In this document: positions 9,262 through 19,148 of the stretch, piece after piece
Layout of the letters: each line of letters starts with the position of its first letter
How positions within the stretch are numbered: the first letter of the stretch is position 1
From: Eubacteriales bacterium
GTDB taxonomy: Bacteria; Bacillota; Clostridia; Oscillospirales; CAG-272
Assembly (NCBI GenBank): GCA_045660785.1
Contig: JAZREL010000062.1
Location: 11,716 to 75,715 of the forward strand
Length of the DNA stretch: 64,000 bases
Reading direction: 5' to 3'
Position numbers and translations under genes: made by a program
The notes under the pieces: generated by a model
What the model was told of the DNA's origin: nothing
Databases searched by the model: none
Seen by the model: the letters and a program-made list of their open reading frames with translations, nothing else

Positions 9262-10719
9262 ATGGCTATAAATTGGACAGACGCGCAAATTGAAGAAATC
9301 GTTGCATCTGTTATGAAGGGACTTAAGGGCGACTCCCCTGCTCCAAGGTGTAAATACGACGGCGCTTCTTATAACGGCAAAAAATATATCGGCGTTTACG
9401 ACGATATGAACGAAGCAATAGATGCTGCCGAGCTTGGTTATAAGGCAATTCGTGCAATGTCACTTGAGGAGAGGGAAAAGGTTATTTGGCAAGTTCGCGA
9501 CCTTTGCCGTAAGGAAGCTCCGACAATGGCATCACTTGGTGTAAGTGAGACCAAAATGGGCAGAGTTGACCATAAAACCGCCAAGCATATGCTCGTTGCC
9601 GACAAAACTCCCGGCACAAGCGATATTGCCGCGCAGGTGAAAACGGGTGACTACGGTCTTACGCTTACTGAAATGGCTCCCTTTGGAGTTGTTGGAAGCA
9701 TTACTCCAAGCACAAACCCGTCCGAAACCGTTATTTGTAACAGTATAGGAATGATAGCCGCGGGCAACGGTGTTGTATTTAACCCACACCCCAACGCTAT
9801 TGCAACCTCTAACTATGCAGTAGATCTTATCAACCGCGCAAGCGCATTAGCAGGCGGCCCTAAGGTTCTTGTTACCTCAGTTGCAAAGCCAACGCTTGAT
9901 ACCGCATCCGTTATGTACAAGGACCCAAGAATTAAGCTTCTTGTTTGTACAGGTGGCCCGGGTGTTGTTAAGAGCGTTTTGTCAAGCGGCAAAAAGGCGA
10001 TAGGCGCAGGTGCGGGCAACCCACCAGTTATCGTTGACGACACAGCTGACATTAAGAAGGCGGGCAAGGACATTATCGACGGATGCACCTTTGATAACAA
10101 TCTTCCCTGCATTGCAGAAAAGGAGGTATTCGCACTTGCTAATATCGCAGACGAGCTTATCGATGCAATGAAAGCAAACGGCGCGTATCTTATAACCACC
10201 GCTCAAGCAAATAAGCTTGCAAGCGTGGTTCTCGTTGAAAAAACAAACCCAAAAACAGGCATAAGCACAAAGGTTGTCAACCGTGATTGCGTTGGCAGAG
10301 ATGCAAAGGTTTTACTTGAAAAAATCGGCATTTACGTAGGTGACGACGTTCGTTGTATCATCTGTGAAACAGACTTTATGCACGATTTCGTTCAAGAGGA
10401 GCTTATGATGCCTATTCTTCCTATTGTAAGAGTTGATAATATTGACAAGGCAATCGAGCTTGCTGTAAAAGCTGAGCACGGTAACCGTCATACAGCGCAT
10501 ATGCACTCTAAAAATCTTGACAATTTAACAAGATTTGCAAGAGCCGTTGAAACAACTATTTTCGTAAAGAACGCCCCATCCTATGCAGGCATCGGCTTTG
10601 GCGGAGAGGGACACACAACCTTTACAATTGCAGGACCTACGGGCGAGGGCATCACAAGCGCAAAAAGCTTTACAAGACAACGCCGCTGCGTTCTCTCTGA
10701 AAGCTTCAGAATAATCTAA
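9262..10719 (+). CDS. pduP: CoA-acylating aldehyde dehydrogenase (PduP/EutE-like) with N-terminal encapsulation peptide
   Basis: ITPSTNPSET, TGGPGVV, AGAGNPP, FDNNLPCIAEKE, GPTGEG; N-terminal QIEEIVASVMKGL helix. Confidence 0.92.
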   Translation: MAINWTDAQIEEIVASVMKGLKGDSPAPRCKYDGASYNGKKYIGVYDDMNEAIDAAELGYKAIRAMSLEEREKVIWQVRDLCRKEAPTMASLGVSETKMGRVDHKTAKHMLVADKTPGTSDIAAQVKTGDYGLTLTEMAPFGVVGSITPSTNPSETVICNSIGMIAAGNGVVFNPHPNAIATSNYAVDLINRASALAGGPKVLVTSVAKPTLDTASVMYKDPRIKLLVCTGGPGVVKSVLSSGKKAIGAGAGNPPVIVDDTADIKKAGKDIIDGCTFDNNLPCIAEKEVFALANIADELIDAMKANGAYLITTAQANKLASVVLVEKTNPKTGISTKVVNRDCVGRDAKVLLEKIGIYVGDDVRCIICETDFMHDFVQEELMMPILPIVRVDNIDKAIELAVKAEHGNRHTAHMHSKNLDNLTRFARAVETTIFVKNAPSYAGIGFGGEGHTTFTIAGPTGEGITSAKSFTRQRRCVLSESFRII

Positions 10720-10733
10720 GAAGGGACAAAGAA

Positions 10734-11933
10734 ATGAACATTTCATCATCACAGGTAGAGAGCATAGTTCGCAAAATTCTTGGCGAGATGTCACCCGCAA
10801 GCGGTGTATCGGGCGCTAAGGTTCCAAAGACCGCTAAGGTTGCAATGCTCACCGCTCCTAAAAAAATCGAGGTTAAGGAATTTCCAATTCCAACCGTTGG
10901 TGACAACGATATTCTCGTAAAGGTTGAGGGATGCGGCGTTTGCGGAACTGACGTTCACGAATGGAAGGGCGATCCTTTCGGTATAATTCCTGTTACTCTC
11001 GGTCACGAGGGAACGGGTGAGATAGTTGCTCTCGGTAAAAACGTAAAGGCAGATACAGCAGGAAATCCTATAAAGGTTGGCGACAAAATCGTTACCTCAG
11101 TTATCAGCTGCGGCGAATGCTTCGTTTGCCGTAACAAGCCCGCAAACACTAACCTTTGCGACAAGCAGGGCGTGTTCGGACTTATTCCACACAGTGATGC
11201 AAATCCGTTAACAGGTTGGTTTGCTTCACATCTTCTTATCAGCGGAAAGGGCTCAACCTATTTCGTTGTAAACGACCTTGACCTTAAAGAAAGAATGCTC
11301 CTTGAGCTTGCTTGCGTTTGCGTGCATGCACTTAAAAGAGCAAATACCACGGGCTTAATTAACTTCAACTCAAAGGTTCTCGTTCAAGGACTTGGCCCTG
11401 TTGGACTTGTTATGATAAGCGTGCTTCGTGCAGCGGGTGTAAACCATATCGTAGCAATTGACGGAACACCTAAGCGCCTTGAAATGGCAAAGAAGCTCGG
11501 TGCTAAAACAGTTATCAGCTTCAAGGAAATTGCCTCACTTGAGGAAAGAGTTAACCTTGTTAAAAGCGTTTCAAACGGCGTAGGCGTTGACTTTGCATTC
11601 CAATGCACAGGCGTGCCTATGGCGGCAAAGGACATCTACGAATACATCCGTCGTGGCGGCGGAATGTGCGAAATGGGCTTCTTCGTAAACAACGGAGAAT
11701 ATACAGTAAACCCACACTTCGCTATGTGCAACAAGGAAATTAATATTGTCGGCTCTTGGGATTACAGTGCTGACGACTACCCAACAACAATGGCATTCCT
11801 TCGTCAGGCAAGAGAGATGAATATTCCTATTAAGGAGCTTATCACTCACACCTTCCCACTCGATCAGCTTAACGAGGCGATGGAGGTTAACGTATCTCAA
11901 GCGGGCATCAAGATTTGCTACGTTGCTGAATAA
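10734..11933 (+). CDS. zinc-dependent (MDR) alcohol dehydrogenase with encapsulation peptide
   Basis: GCGVCGTD, LGHEGTG, CGECFVC...C structural Zn site, GLGPVG; N-terminal QVESIVRKILGEM helix. Confidence 0.9.
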   Translation: MNISSSQVESIVRKILGEMSPASGVSGAKVPKTAKVAMLTAPKKIEVKEFPIPTVGDNDILVKVEGCGVCGTDVHEWKGDPFGIIPVTLGHEGTGEIVALGKNVKADTAGNPIKVGDKIVTSVISCGECFVCRNKPANTNLCDKQGVFGLIPHSDANPLTGWFASHLLISGKGSTYFVVNDLDLKERMLLELACVCVHALKRANTTGLINFNSKVLVQGLGPVGLVMISVLRAAGVNHIVAIDGTPKRLEMAKKLGAKTVISFKEIASLEERVNLVKSVSNGVGVDFAFQCTGVPMAAKDIYEYIRRGGGMCEMGFFVNNGEYTVNPHFAMCNKEINIVGSWDYSADDYPTTMAFLRQAREMNIPIKELITHTFPLDQLNEAMEVNVSQAGIKICYVAE

Positions 11934-11944
11934 GGAGTTAGCTT

Positions 11945-12262
11945 ATGGCTCTTGGAATGATTGAGGTTTATGGCTTTGCTACTGCAATAGTGGTGGCTGA
12001 CGCTATGGCTAAGGCGGCGGACGTAAAGGTCGTTGCCATTGATAAAAACAAGCCCGCGGGCGGTGACTCGGCAAAGGTGCCCCTCGTTATGGCTATAAAA
12101 ATTGAGGGCTCTGCTGCTGCAGTAGAGGCGGCTATATTAGTCGGCAAGGCAGAGGCAGACAAAAGAGAGCTTTATATCACCCATAAGGTGATAGCAAGAC
12201 AGAGCGAGGATATTGAGTGGTTTGCACACCTCTCTGCCCTCGGTCACGATAAACTTAGATAA
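11945..12262 (+). CDS. BMC hexamer shell protein (divergent BMC-H)
   Basis: [26 protein letters not shown] motif. Confidence 0.9.
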   Translation: MALGMIEVYGFATAIVVADAMAKAADVKVVAIDKNKPAGGDSAKVPLVMAIKIEGSAAAVEAAILVGKAEADKRELYITHKVIARQSEDIEWFAHLSALGHDKLR

Positions 12263-12288
12263 TAATAATTAAAAGGAGAATAAAAACA

Positions 12289-12564
12289 ATGATGGAAGCA
12301 CTCGGAATGGTAGAGACAAGAGGTCTCGTTGCTGCAATTGAAGCAGCAGACGCAATGGTAAAGGCAGCTAACGTAGTTCTTATCGGCAGCGAAAAGATCG
12401 GTAGCGGACTTGTAAGCGTTATGGTTCGCGGTGACGTTGGTGCAGTTAAGGCAGCAGTTGAAGCAGGAAGCGCAGCTGCTAACTCACTTGGCGAGGTTAT
12501 TGCAACACACGTAATCCCAAGACCGCACGCAGACGTTGAAAAGCTTCTTCCTATTATAAAATAA
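12289..12564 (+). CDS. BMC-H shell protein (PduA/PduJ/EutM-like)
   Basis: [27 protein letters not shown]...GDVGAVKAA...VIPRPH. Confidence 0.95.
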   Translation: MMEALGMVETRGLVAAIEAADAMVKAANVVLIGSEKIGSGLVSVMVRGDVGAVKAAVEAGSAAANSLGEVIATHVIPRPHADVEKLLPIIK

Positions 12565-12581
12565 TTTGAGGATTTTATAGT

Positions 12582-12854
12582 ATGAAGGCAATAGCGTTAC
12601 TTGAAGTGCAGGCAATGGTAGCCGCAATAGCAGGACTTGACGCTATGGTAAAGGCAGCAGACGTAAAGCTCATTCACGTGGAAAAGCGCCTCGGCGGCAG
12701 ACTTGTAACAGTTGTCGTTGAAGGCGAGGTTTCCGCGGTGAAGGCGGCGCTCGAGGCAGGTGCCATCGAAGCTGCTAAAGTAGGAAACGTTAAGTGTTGC
12801 GAGGTTATCGCTCGCCCACACCCCGATGTTATGAGATTTTTAACAACGGGCTAA
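12582..12854 (+). CDS. BMC-H shell protein
   Basis: DAMVKAADV...GEVSAVKAA...VIARPH. Confidence 0.92.
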   Translation: MKAIALLEVQAMVAAIAGLDAMVKAADVKLIHVEKRLGGRLVTVVVEGEVSAVKAALEAGAIEAAKVGNVKCCEVIARPHPDVMRFLTTG

Positions 12855-12953
12855 TATGCCATATTTGGCAAGCAATTAAGATTTTTAAAGCTTCGGCTTT
12901 GAAATAAACAAAACAAAAAATAAAAAATAACAATAAAACAGGAGGATTTTCAA

Positions 12954-13226
12954 ATGGAAGCACTCGGAATGGTTGAAACAAGAGGTCTTGTAGCTGCAAT
13001 CGAGGCGGCAGACGCTATGGTAAAGGCGGCTAACGTAGTTCTTATCGGTAGCGAAAAGATCGGTAGCGGACTTGTAAGCGTTATGGTTCGTGGCGACGTT
13101 GGCGCAGTTAAGGCAGCAGTTGAGGCAGGAAGCGCAGCAGCTAACTCACTTGGTGAGGTTATTGCAACACACGTAATTCCAAGACCACACGCAGACGTTG
13201 AGAAGCTTCTTCCATCTATTAAGTAA
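12954..13226 (+). CDS. BMC-H shell protein (PduA/PduJ/EutM-like), near-identical paralogue of 12289..12564
   Basis: Same protein sequence except the near-terminal PSIK vs PIIK (and an extra initial Met). Confidence 0.95.
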   Translation: MEALGMVETRGLVAAIEAADAMVKAANVVLIGSEKIGSGLVSVMVRGDVGAVKAAVEAGSAAANSLGEVIATHVIPRPHADVEKLLPSIK

Positions 13227-13370
13227 TAATTAATAGAAGGAAGGCAATCTCAGTATCCAAAGGGCTTTGTGCCCTTTGGGTACTGCAAAAGAGCTTAAAG
13301 AAAAACGGTTGAGCTTTTTTGCAGTACGAGGCAATATGCAAAAGTAAGCATTATACGGAAGGAAATAAAA

Positions 13371-14027
13371 ATGGATATTTCTAAAGAACAAATAGCCGAA
13401 ATGGTAAGACGCACGCTTCTTGAAATGAGCGGCGAAGCAAAAATTGAAAATGCAAAGGGCGAAATTCCGATTGGCGTTTCAAACAGACATATACATCTGT
13501 CAAAGGGCGACCTTGAAACTCTTTTCGGCGCGGGCTACGAGCTTACCCCTATAAAGGAGCTTTCTCAGCCGGGGCAATATGCCTGCCGCGAGGTGCTCAC
13601 TATTATCGGCCCATCAATGCGCCCAATAGAAAACGTAAGGGTGCTTGGCCCTGTAAGAAAAGCATCTCAGGTTGAAATCTCGGCAACGGATTCATACGTT
13701 TTGAAGGTTAAGCCACCGGTAAGAGAATCGGGCAATATAAAGGACTCGGCTCCTATAAGAATTGTCGGCCCGAAGGGTGTTGTTGAGCTTAACGAGGGAT
13801 GCATAATTGCAAACAGACATATTCATATGTCACCCACTGAAGCCGAGGTGTTTGGTATTAAGGACGGTGACTACGTAGATATTGATGTAAACGGCAAGCG
13901 CAGAACGAGATGGTTTGACGTTCAGGTAAGAGTTCACAAGGACTTCCGCTTGGAAATGCACGTTGACACAGACGATGCAAACGCGGCGGGCATAGGCAAC
14001 GGGTTTACCGTAAATATAGTAAAGTAA
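13371..14027 (+). CDS. pduL: phosphate propanoyltransferase PduL with encapsulation peptide
   Basis: GVSNRHIHLS, LSQPGQYA, PVRESG, RHIHM, EMHVDTDDANA; N-terminal EQIAEMVRRTLLEM. Confidence 0.95.
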   Translation: MDISKEQIAEMVRRTLLEMSGEAKIENAKGEIPIGVSNRHIHLSKGDLETLFGAGYELTPIKELSQPGQYACREVLTIIGPSMRPIENVRVLGPVRKASQVEISATDSYVLKVKPPVRESGNIKDSAPIRIVGPKGVVELNEGCIIANRHIHMSPTEAEVFGIKDGDYVDIDVNGKRRTRWFDVQVRVHKDFRLEMHVDTDDANAAGIGNGFTVNIVK

Positions 14028-14043
14028 AAGCGAGGTAATAAAC

Positions 14044-14292
14044 ATGTTAAAGGGAATTATCAGAGGAAACATCGTTTCCACAAGAAAGCAAGAATCTTTA
14101 GTAGGCAGCAAGTTTATGGAGGTTCAGCTTATTAAAAACGGACAGTTCACAGACGAATATATAATAGCTATCGATTCCGTTGGCGCGGGTATCGGTGAGA
14201 CCGTTCTTATTACCACGGGAAGCTCAGCTCGCTTGGCATTACATAACACAAGCAGTCCTGCTGACGCGGTTATTGTCGGTATAGTTGACTAA
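14044..14292 (+). CDS. eutN: BMC pentamer (vertex) protein, EutN/PduN/CcmL family
   Basis: AIDSVGAGIGETVLI..GSSAR...DAVIVGIVD. Confidence 0.93.
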   Translation: MLKGIIRGNIVSTRKQESLVGSKFMEVQLIKNGQFTDEYIIAIDSVGAGIGETVLITTGSSARLALHNTSSPADAVIVGIVD

Positions 14293-14323
14293 GAAATAAA
14301 TGAATCCGCGCGTGACCTGAAAA

Positions 14324-14348
14324 GCGGGAGGGAGAACCCCTCCCCTAC
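14324..14348 (-). repeat. GTAG-type REP-like palindrome
   Basis: Minus strand reads GTAG-GGGAGGG-GTTCT-CCCTCCC-GC, in the eutN-pduS gap. Confidence 0.5.
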
Positions 14349-14401
14349 GAAGGTAATTTTTGGCGCGAATTCTTGGAAAATCATTTTGAAAGAGTGAAAA
14401 G

Positions 14402-15721
14402 ATGCAGGAACTTAAGAATTTAATGCGCGATTTTGGCGTCGTTGGCGCCGGAGGAGCGGGGTTCCCCTCTTACGCTAAGCTTGCGGAGGGGGCAGACCTC
14501 CTCCTTATAAACGGCTCTGAATGTGAGCCGCTTTTATACACCGACTACGTTATTTTGAAAAATGAGCTTACTATGGTTCTTTTCGGAATTTCGACGGTGC
14601 TTTTACATACGGGCATCCCAAAAGCTGTCTTAGCTGTAAAGGAGCACACGGCAAAAAAGCTCGGCTTTGAAAACGGCGAAAAGTTATCGGACAAAATTTT
14701 TGTCAAGGTTTTGCCAAACGTGTATCCGACGGGTGATGAAATAGGACTTATCTACGAAGCAACGAAACGTCTTGTAAAGCCGGGAAAATTGCCGATTACC
14801 GAGGGCGTTATAGTATATAACGTCGAAACGATGTATAATCTTGGCAGAGCGAAAAAGTTTTCTGAGCCCGTAAACAAAAAATATATCACAGTAGGCGGAG
14901 ATATCAAGAATCCAACCGTAATAAGAGTGCCGATTGGCGCAAAAATAGATGATATTTTCAAAATGCTTGATATAACGGTTGAGGATGGCTACACCGTGCT
15001 CGACGGCGGCCCCTCAATGGGTAAAATAGTAAATCCAAGAACGCACGCGATAACCAAAACAACAAAGGGAATATTAATTCTTCCCGATGACTCGCCTGCG
15101 GTTCTTTCTAAAAAAATAAATGAAAAAATGGCGATAGCAAGGGCTGAAACCGCTTGCTGTCAATGCACAAGATGCACCGATATGTGCCCAAGAAACTTGC
15201 TTGGCTACCCCTTGGAGCCACATAAAATGGTAAGAACTGCAATGGGTGTTGCCGAAATAATGCCCGAGATGGTAATAAGCGCGTCGCTTTGCTGCGGATG
15301 CGGCATTTGCGAGTCCCTTGCTTGCAGTCAAGGCATTTCTCCAAGGGCGGTAATTGCAAACTATAAGGAGCTTCTTGCAAAAAACAAGCTTCGCTTTAAT
15401 GGCTCCGACGAATATGAAGTAAGAAACGAAAGAGATTATAGAATGATTTCATCCGAAAAATGGATGAGCACGCTCGGCGTGACTAAATTTGATAAGGTTG
15501 CTGATTTCGGCGGCGAAATGAATGATTTTTCAAGAGTTGAAATTTCACTTTCAAGCCATATAGGCGCACCAAGCATTCCTTTGGTAAGCGATGGCGATTT
15601 CGTAAGCTCAAAGGATTTGATTGCAAAGGCACAGAACGGTCTTTCCTTGCCACAGCACGCTTCTCTTTCAGGCATGGTAACCGTAGGAAACGGTAAAATA
15701 ATAATTGATAAGGTAAGATGA
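14402..15721 (+). CDS. pduS: PduS-like Fe-S flavoprotein (RnfC-related, SLBB domain)
   Basis: GVVGAGGAGFPSY, NGSECEPLL, GGPSMG, CCQCTRCTDMCP and CCGCGICE clusters, HIGAP. Confidence 0.9.
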   Translation: MQELKNLMRDFGVVGAGGAGFPSYAKLAEGADLLLINGSECEPLLYTDYVILKNELTMVLFGISTVLLHTGIPKAVLAVKEHTAKKLGFENGEKLSDKIFVKVLPNVYPTGDEIGLIYEATKRLVKPGKLPITEGVIVYNVETMYNLGRAKKFSEPVNKKYITVGGDIKNPTVIRVPIGAKIDDIFKMLDITVEDGYTVLDGGPSMGKIVNPRTHAITKTTKGILILPDDSPAVLSKKINEKMAIARAETACCQCTRCTDMCPRNLLGYPLEPHKMVRTAMGVAEIMPEMVISASLCCGCGICESLACSQGISPRAVIANYKELLAKNKLRFNGSDEYEVRNERDYRMISSEKWMSTLGVTKFDKVADFGGEMNDFSRVEISLSSHIGAPSIPLVSDGDFVSSKDLIAKAQNGLSLPQHASLSGMVTVGNGKIIIDKVR

Positions 15722-15722
15722 A

Positions 15723-16268
15723 ATGTATAAGGCAATAGGCGTTATTGAATTAAAAAGCATACCAAAGGGCGTTGAGGCGGCAGATGCTGCACTTAAAAGC
15801 GCGGGAGTTGAAATGGTTTCGGCTCACCCCTCCTGCCCCGGTAAATATGAGATTGTGCTTACGGGCTCAATATCAAACGTGACGGCTGCAGTTTCTCACG
15901 TTACGTCAAAATTTGACGGCTACGTTATAGATTCAAGCGTTATGGGTAGAATTGAGGAGCAGGTTATAAAAGCACTCTTCGGCACTCAGACAGGAGAGCG
16001 CGAGGGCTCACTCGGACTTATTGAAACCTTCTCCGCGGCAAGCGCGATTAAAGCGGCAGATATAGCGGTAAAGACTGCAAGAGTAGAAATATACGACCTT
16101 CGCGTTTCAAGAGGTATGGGCGGCAAGGGTGTAGTAATGCTCACGGGTGAAATCGGCGACGTTACTGCGGCAGTTGAGGCAGGTGCAAATTATGCAAAGA
16201 GCGTTTCCACTCTTTCATCATATACAGTAATTGCGGCTCCGCATAAGGAGCTTTGGAAGCAAATGTAA
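15723..16268 (+). CDS. pduT: BMC trimer shell protein PduT-like
   Basis: Two BMC domains; SCPGKY pore cysteine motif; GMGGKG. Confidence 0.9.
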   Translation: MYKAIGVIELKSIPKGVEAADAALKSAGVEMVSAHPSCPGKYEIVLTGSISNVTAAVSHVTSKFDGYVIDSSVMGRIEEQVIKALFGTQTGEREGSLGLIETFSAASAIKAADIAVKTARVEIYDLRVSRGMGGKGVVMLTGEIGDVTAAVEAGANYAKSVSTLSSYTVIAAPHKELWKQM

Positions 16269-16289
16269 AAAATTCACGGAAAGGAGAAC

Positions 16290-18827
16290 GTGACTGTGGA
16301 AAACATTAAATTCATAATTGAAAAAAGCTCAAGAATACAAAAATTAGTAGATAATCTTTATGAAAAAATGCCCGAGATTGAAGCATCAAGAGGAAAGCTT
16401 GTAACAGAAAGCTACAAAATGACTGAAAATCTCCCGATAATCAAGCGCAGAAGCGCCGCATTTGCTCATATTTTAAGAAATATTCCGATAGTTATACGCG
16501 ACGGCGAGCTTGTTGTAGGAAGTGCAACGGTTGCTCCGCGCTCATGTCAGGTTTTCCCCGAATATTCATACGAGTGGCTACTTTCGGAGCTTGACACCGT
16601 ATCAACAAGAGCTGCTGACCCGTTTTACATAAGTGAAAAAACAAAATCGGAGCTTCGCGAAATTTATCCTTGGTGGCAAGGAAAAACCACGAGTGACCTT
16701 GCAAAAGCAAATATGTCACCCGAGGCGTACGAGGCGTTTACCGAGCATTCTGTGTTCACCCCCGGAAACTATTTTTATAACGGTATAGGACACGTTTGCG
16801 TAGATTACGGCAAGGTGCTTAAAATCGGTTACAGAGGAATTATAAAGGAAGCAGAGGATGCACTTTGCAAGCTTGACGTGTCGGATGGCGATTACGTTTC
16901 AAGAAGCAATTTCCTTTACGCGGTTATCGAAAGCTGTCAAGCGGTAATTGAATATGCGCGCAGATATAGCGCACTTGCACGCGATATGGCAAGCAAGGAA
17001 GCATGCCCTCAAAGAAAGCGCGAGCTTGAAATGATTGCGCGTAACTGTGCAAGAGTTCCCGAATCCCCCGCGACAAGCTTTTACGAGGCGTGCCAGTCAT
17101 TTTGGTTTATTCAGCTTCTTTTGCAGGTTGAATCAAGCGGACACTCAATCTCCCCGGGCAGATTTGACCAATATATGTATCCTTATTTTAAGAAGGATAT
17201 CGACGCGGGAAAAATCACCTACGAGCAGGCGCAAGAGCTTCTTGACTGCATTTGGGTAAAATTCAATGATATAAATAAGGTAAGAGATGCGGCGTCAGCA
17301 GACGGCTTTGCGGGCTACGGAATGTTCCAAAACCTCATCGTTGGCGGACAAAACGAGCACGGAATGGACTCAACAAACGACCTTTCGTATATGTGTATCG
17401 AAGCTGCTATGCACGTTCCGCTTCCACAGCCGTCAATTTCAATCAGAGTTTGGAACGGCTCACCCGAACCGTTACTTATCAAGGCAGCATCACTCACCCG
17501 TCTTGGCACTGGCTTGCCTGCATATTATAATGACGAAATAATTATTCCATCCATTATGGCAAGGGGACTTACCCTTGAGGATGCAAGAGATTATTGCATT
17601 ATCGGTTGTGTAGAGCCGCAAAAGGCAGGAAAAACCGACGGATGGCACGATGCGGCATTCTTCAATATGTGCCGCCCAATGGAGCTTGTATTCTCAAACG
17701 GCTACGACAAGGGCAAAAAAATAGGCCCCGACACTGGCGACGTTGCCGAAATGAAGACCTTTGAGGAGTTCTACGAAGCATACAAGACACAGCAAAGCTA
17801 TATGATAAAGCTGCTTGTAAATGCAAACAACGCAATAGATATGGCACACGCGGTAAGATGCCCACTTCCCTTCCAATCCTGTATGGTTGAGGATTGCATC
17901 GGCAGAGGAAAATCACTTCAAGAGGGCGGAGCTATATATAACTTCACAGGCCCGCAGGGCTTTGGTATAGCAAATAATACCGACGGCTTGGCGGCTATTA
18001 AAAAGCTCATATTCGAGGAAAAGAGATTTACCCTTTCAGAGCTTAAGGAAGCGTTAAGCGCAAACTTCGGCTACGGTGTGCAAGGGGCGCACGCGGAAAA
18101 GCTTGTTACTGAAATTGCAACCGAGCTTGTAAGACAGGGCGTTAGCGTAAACGAGGATGCAATTCGTATAATTTACGATGAGGTGACAAACCAAACCGCA
18201 CTCTCGACAGCGCAAAAATCAAGATATAAGGAAATTAAGCGACTTATCGAGGAGGAAGCTCCTAAGTACGGAAACGATATTTACGACGTTGATATGCTTG
18301 CCAGAGACGTAGCCAACAGCTACACAAAGGAAGTTGAAAAATATAAAAATCCAAGAGGCGGTATTTTCCAAGCGGGTCTTTACCCCGTATCGGCTAACGT
18401 GCCGCTTGGCGCATCAACGGGCGCAACTCCCGACGGACGACTTGCATATACTCCCTTGGCAGACGGCATAGGCCCCGCCTCGGGCAGAGATATAAAGGGC
18501 CCAACTGCAACGGCAAACTCCGTTGCTAAGCTTGAGCAGGGCGTTGCATCAAACGGAACGCTTCTTAACCAAAAGTTCCATCCGTCAGCGCTTGAGGGAA
18601 TGAGCGGCCTTTCCAAGTTCGTTGCCCTTATTCGCTCATACTTTGACCAAAAGGGTATGCACGTTCAGTTTAACGTTGTAACTAAGGAAACCTTGATTGA
18701 CGCGCAAAACAATCCCGAAAAATATAAGACCCTTGTTGTAAGAGTTGCGGGATATAGCGCACTGTTCACAACGCTTTCGCGCTCACTTCAGGACGATATT
18801 ATAAACAGAACCGAACAGGGTTGGTAA
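16290..18827 (+). CDS. glycyl radical enzyme, B12-independent 1,2-propanediol dehydratase
   Basis: RVAGYS glycyl loop, IIGCVEP Cys loop, NGIGH, SSGHSIS, WHDAAF; GYGMFQN and LYPVSAN have the Phe/Val of propanediol-type rather than the Tyr/Ser of glycerol-type enzymes; BMC plus aldolase context. Confidence 0.88.
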   Translation: MTVENIKFIIEKSSRIQKLVDNLYEKMPEIEASRGKLVTESYKMTENLPIIKRRSAAFAHILRNIPIVIRDGELVVGSATVAPRSCQVFPEYSYEWLLSELDTVSTRAADPFYISEKTKSELREIYPWWQGKTTSDLAKANMSPEAYEAFTEHSVFTPGNYFYNGIGHVCVDYGKVLKIGYRGIIKEAEDALCKLDVSDGDYVSRSNFLYAVIESCQAVIEYARRYSALARDMASKEACPQRKRELEMIARNCARVPESPATSFYEACQSFWFIQLLLQVESSGHSISPGRFDQYMYPYFKKDIDAGKITYEQAQELLDCIWVKFNDINKVRDAASADGFAGYGMFQNLIVGGQNEHGMDSTNDLSYMCIEAAMHVPLPQPSISIRVWNGSPEPLLIKAASLTRLGTGLPAYYNDEIIIPSIMARGLTLEDARDYCIIGCVEPQKAGKTDGWHDAAFFNMCRPMELVFSNGYDKGKKIGPDTGDVAEMKTFEEFYEAYKTQQSYMIKLLVNANNAIDMAHAVRCPLPFQSCMVEDCIGRGKSLQEGGAIYNFTGPQGFGIANNTDGLAAIKKLIFEEKRFTLSELKEALSANFGYGVQGAHAEKLVTEIATELVRQGVSVNEDAIRIIYDEVTNQTALSTAQKSRYKEIKRLIEEEAPKYGNDIYDVDMLARDVANSYTKEVEKYKNPRGGIFQAGLYPVSANVPLGASTGATPDGRLAYTPLADGIGPASGRDIKGPTATANSVAKLEQGVASNGTLLNQKFHPSALEGMSGLSKFVALIRSYFDQKGMHVQFNVVTKETLIDAQNNPEKYKTLVVRVAGYSALFTTLSRSLQDDIINRTEQGW

Positions 18828-18929
18828 GACTGAGAGGGAAACACCTTAAGGCACAAACATAAACCACAAAAAACAATGAACTTTGTTTTTCTGTCACCGC
18901 TTGAAAAATAAGGTTGAAAAACTACGTTT

Positions 18930-19122
18930 TTCTTCTTAATTGTGGTTTATTATCGCCGATTTTTACTCTACCGTACTAAGTACGCCGACGTGAAAAAAAT
19001 CGACGATTTCTGCTCTTAATCTGTCCCCCTCGGCTACGTTCTACAGAAATATAGTGCTGCGCACATTATAACGCTTGCGCGAATTATAGCTCGCAAGCTC
19101 GCATTATAACGCTTGCGCGAAT
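18930..19122. repeat. intergenic palindromic/repeat-rich insert
   Basis: CGTACTAAGTACG palindrome inside an imperfect inverted repeat (ATCGCCGATTTTT / AAAAATCGACGAT), then a 21-bp direct repeat CATTATAACGCTTGCGCGAAT in two copies. Confidence 0.5.
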
Positions 19123-19148
19123 AAAAAATGAGAAGGAGGAAAACCACG

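Noticed and set aside
16290..18827. Choline TMA-lyase CutC, pyruvate formate-lyase or glycerol dehydratase
   Set aside because: Single-Cys GCVEP loop (not the PFL CC pair), diol-dehydratase His/His/Asp motifs with Phe/Val substitutions, and class II aldolase context favour propanediol dehydratase.
19060..19122. CRISPR array
   Set aside because: Only two 21-bp repeats with one short palindromic spacer, and no cas genes.
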